The translations under genes and the position numbers were made by a program. The notes under the pieces were generated by a model that was given only the letters and a program-made list of their open reading frames with translations, ran no database searches and was not told the origin of the DNA. This document shows, in pieces, positions 62,528 to 64,000 of a stretch of DNA of 64,000 bases; positions within the stretch are counted from its first letter, which is position 1; each line of letters opens with the position of its first letter. The stretch covers positions 7,104,001-7,168,000 of the forward strand of contig OZ240241.1 in assembly GCA_965198115.1 (NCBI GenBank). The letters run 5' to 3'. This stretch comes from Candidatus Latescibacterota bacterium (GTDB taxonomy: Bacteria > Latescibacterota > UBA2968).

Positions 62528-63655
62528 GTGAAGATTACGAAGTTCGAGACGGTGCCGATCGAAGGTCGGGCGATGATTTTGAAGATGCAGACGGACGAGG
62601 GGCTGGTGGGGTTCGGCGAACCGATGAATTACGAACACTGGCGTGTCGTGGCCCAGGCCGTTGAGGACATGGCGGAGTACCTCATCGGGAAGGATCCGTT
62701 CCAGATCGAGGACCATTGGCAGGCGATGTATCGCTCGAGCTACGCCCGCAGCATGCCGATCCTCGTTGGGGCCCTGAGCGGGATCGAGATGGCCATGTGG
62801 GATGTGATGGGGAAGGCGTTGGGCGTTCCGGTCTGGAAGCTGTTCGGTGGATCGGTCCGACGACGGGTTCGGGTCTACACGGGAATCGGGGGTGGCGATT
62901 CACCGGAGTCTATTGCAGAGGTGGCGCGACAAAGGGTGGCCGAGGGGTTCACGGCCCTGAAGATGGGTGGGTCGCCCCGTCCGGTTCGATACGTCGACAA
63001 CGCGAAGACGGTCAAGGAAGTGGTGGGACGCGTGTCGGCCGTCCGGGAGGCCGTGGGGGACGAGGTGGACATTGCGGTCGATCTCCATCGCAGGTTCAGT
63101 CCCGCGATGGCTACGATCGTGGTCCGCGAGCTGGAGCCGTTTCATCTGCTGTTCGCGGAAGAGCCGTGTCATCCCGAGAACGACAAGCCGCTGCGCGACC
63201 TAGCCCGGTCGACGACGGTGCCGATTGCGACGGGTGAGCGCCATCTGACCCGCTGGGGATTCCGAGAAATCGTGGAAACGGAGGCGTGTGCTGTCCTTCA
63301 GCCCGATATTCGCCACTGCGGTGGGATGATGGAACTCAGAAAGATCGCGAATCTCGCGGAGACGCATTACATGGCGATCGCACCGCATAACGCGGCTGGG
63401 CCCGTGGGTGTCGCCGCGTCCGTTCATGTCATGGCCACGGTGCCGAATTTTCTGATCTGCGAGGGGGGTCACAAGCTGGGCCAAGGTCTGTTCAACACGC
63501 CGCTGACGTTCAAGGACGGGTTTATCGAGTTGCCGACGGCGCCGGGGTTGGGTGTTGACATGGAGGATGATGCACTGGAAGCGATGCGTGACGAGACGTA
63601 CCGAACACGCGGGATGTTCTGGCACGAGGATGATGGGTCCTTTGCGGACTTCTAG
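62528..63655 (+). CDS. dgoD: Galactonate dehydratase-like enolase-superfamily enzyme
   Basis: IEDHWQAMYR, SGIEMAMWD, AVDLH, AEEP, IATGER, QPD, IAPHN. Confidence 0.82.
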   Translation: MKITKFETVPIEGRAMILKMQTDEGLVGFGEPMNYEHWRVVAQAVEDMAEYLIGKDPFQIEDHWQAMYRSSYARSMPILVGALSGIEMAMWDVMGKALGVPVWKLFGGSVRRRVRVYTGIGGGDSPESIAEVARQRVAEGFTALKMGGSPRPVRYVDNAKTVKEVVGRVSAVREAVGDEVDIAVDLHRRFSPAMATIVVRELEPFHLLFAEEPCHPENDKPLRDLARSTTVPIATGERHLTRWGFREIVETEACAVLQPDIRHCGGMMELRKIANLAETHYMAIAPHNAAGPVGVAASVHVMATVPNFLICEGGHKLGQGLFNTPLTFKDGFIELPTAPGLGVDMEDDALEAMRDETYRTRGMFWHEDDGSFADF

Positions 63656-63720
63656 TCCGCAAGGAAATGAAAAATGCAGAATGCAAAGTCGTGAAGTACA
63701 TCACTTTTGCGTTGGCTTTA

Positions 63721-64000
63721 ATGGTTCCTCATACGGCGAGCGCAGTGGACGACAGGGCGCTGGCGCTGCGACGGGAGTACAACACGGTGGCGGCGGCGAT
63801 CGACAGCGTGGTTCGGACGATGGGAATGGATGACCGCGCCGCCCTCGACACATCGCGGCTTCCCAGAGAACGAGATGCTTCGGTCGTGCCTCAGGGCAGC
63901 GACGTGGTGATGATCTTTTGGGCGGATGACGAAGCAAAGGTCTGGGTGAACGACTATTTCGTGGGAGAGACTCGGCTGACGCCCGTCGAAGTCGTCGTGC
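63721..64000 (+). CDS. Partial hypothetical gene running off the window (apparently frameshifted)
   Basis: Ends in protein-like VMIFWADDEAKVWVNDYFVGETRLTPVEVV; start uncertain. Confidence 0.35.
   Translation, partial: MVPHTASAVDDRALALRREYNTVAAAIDSVVRTMGMDDRAALDTSRLPRERDASVVPQGSDVVMIFWADDEAKVWVNDYFVGETRLTPVEVVV

Overview
A GC-rich bacterial window in three parts. (1) 1-13.6 kb: a minus-strand biosynthetic operon. It encodes a p-aminophenylalanine-type precursor pathway (PabA-PabB-chorismate-mutase fusion plus a prephenate-dehydrogenase-like enzyme), an NRPS module, a frameshifted KS with a degenerate AT, a PPTase, an MFS exporter, a GNAT and its own HtpG. (2) 13.9-54 kb: a heavily scrambled accessory zone with IS256, IS21, IS3, two ISL3 copies, a MITE, tRNA att fragments, a dif-like site next to an AlpA/primase satellite relic, and broken Type III/Type I R-M, methylase, UvrD and serine-recombinase pieces. 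Amid this debris, a 7.4-kb SNF2 helicase + Mre11-like nuclease + Rad50-like ATPase operon is fully intact, as is a Phd/VapC pair; a host yggS-yggT-divIVA block is also embedded here. (3) 54-64 kb: ordinary metabolic genes (dapF, enolase-superfamily dehydratases, PhyH, serine hydrolase, epimerases). The two best candidates for undescribed systems are the SNF2-Mre11-Rad50 cassette (putative defence) and the aminophenylalanine NRPS-PKS cluster with HtpG. Single-base frameshifts occur even in conserved genes, so some pseudogene calls may be sequencing errors. All family calls come from motif recognition by eye; no searches were run.
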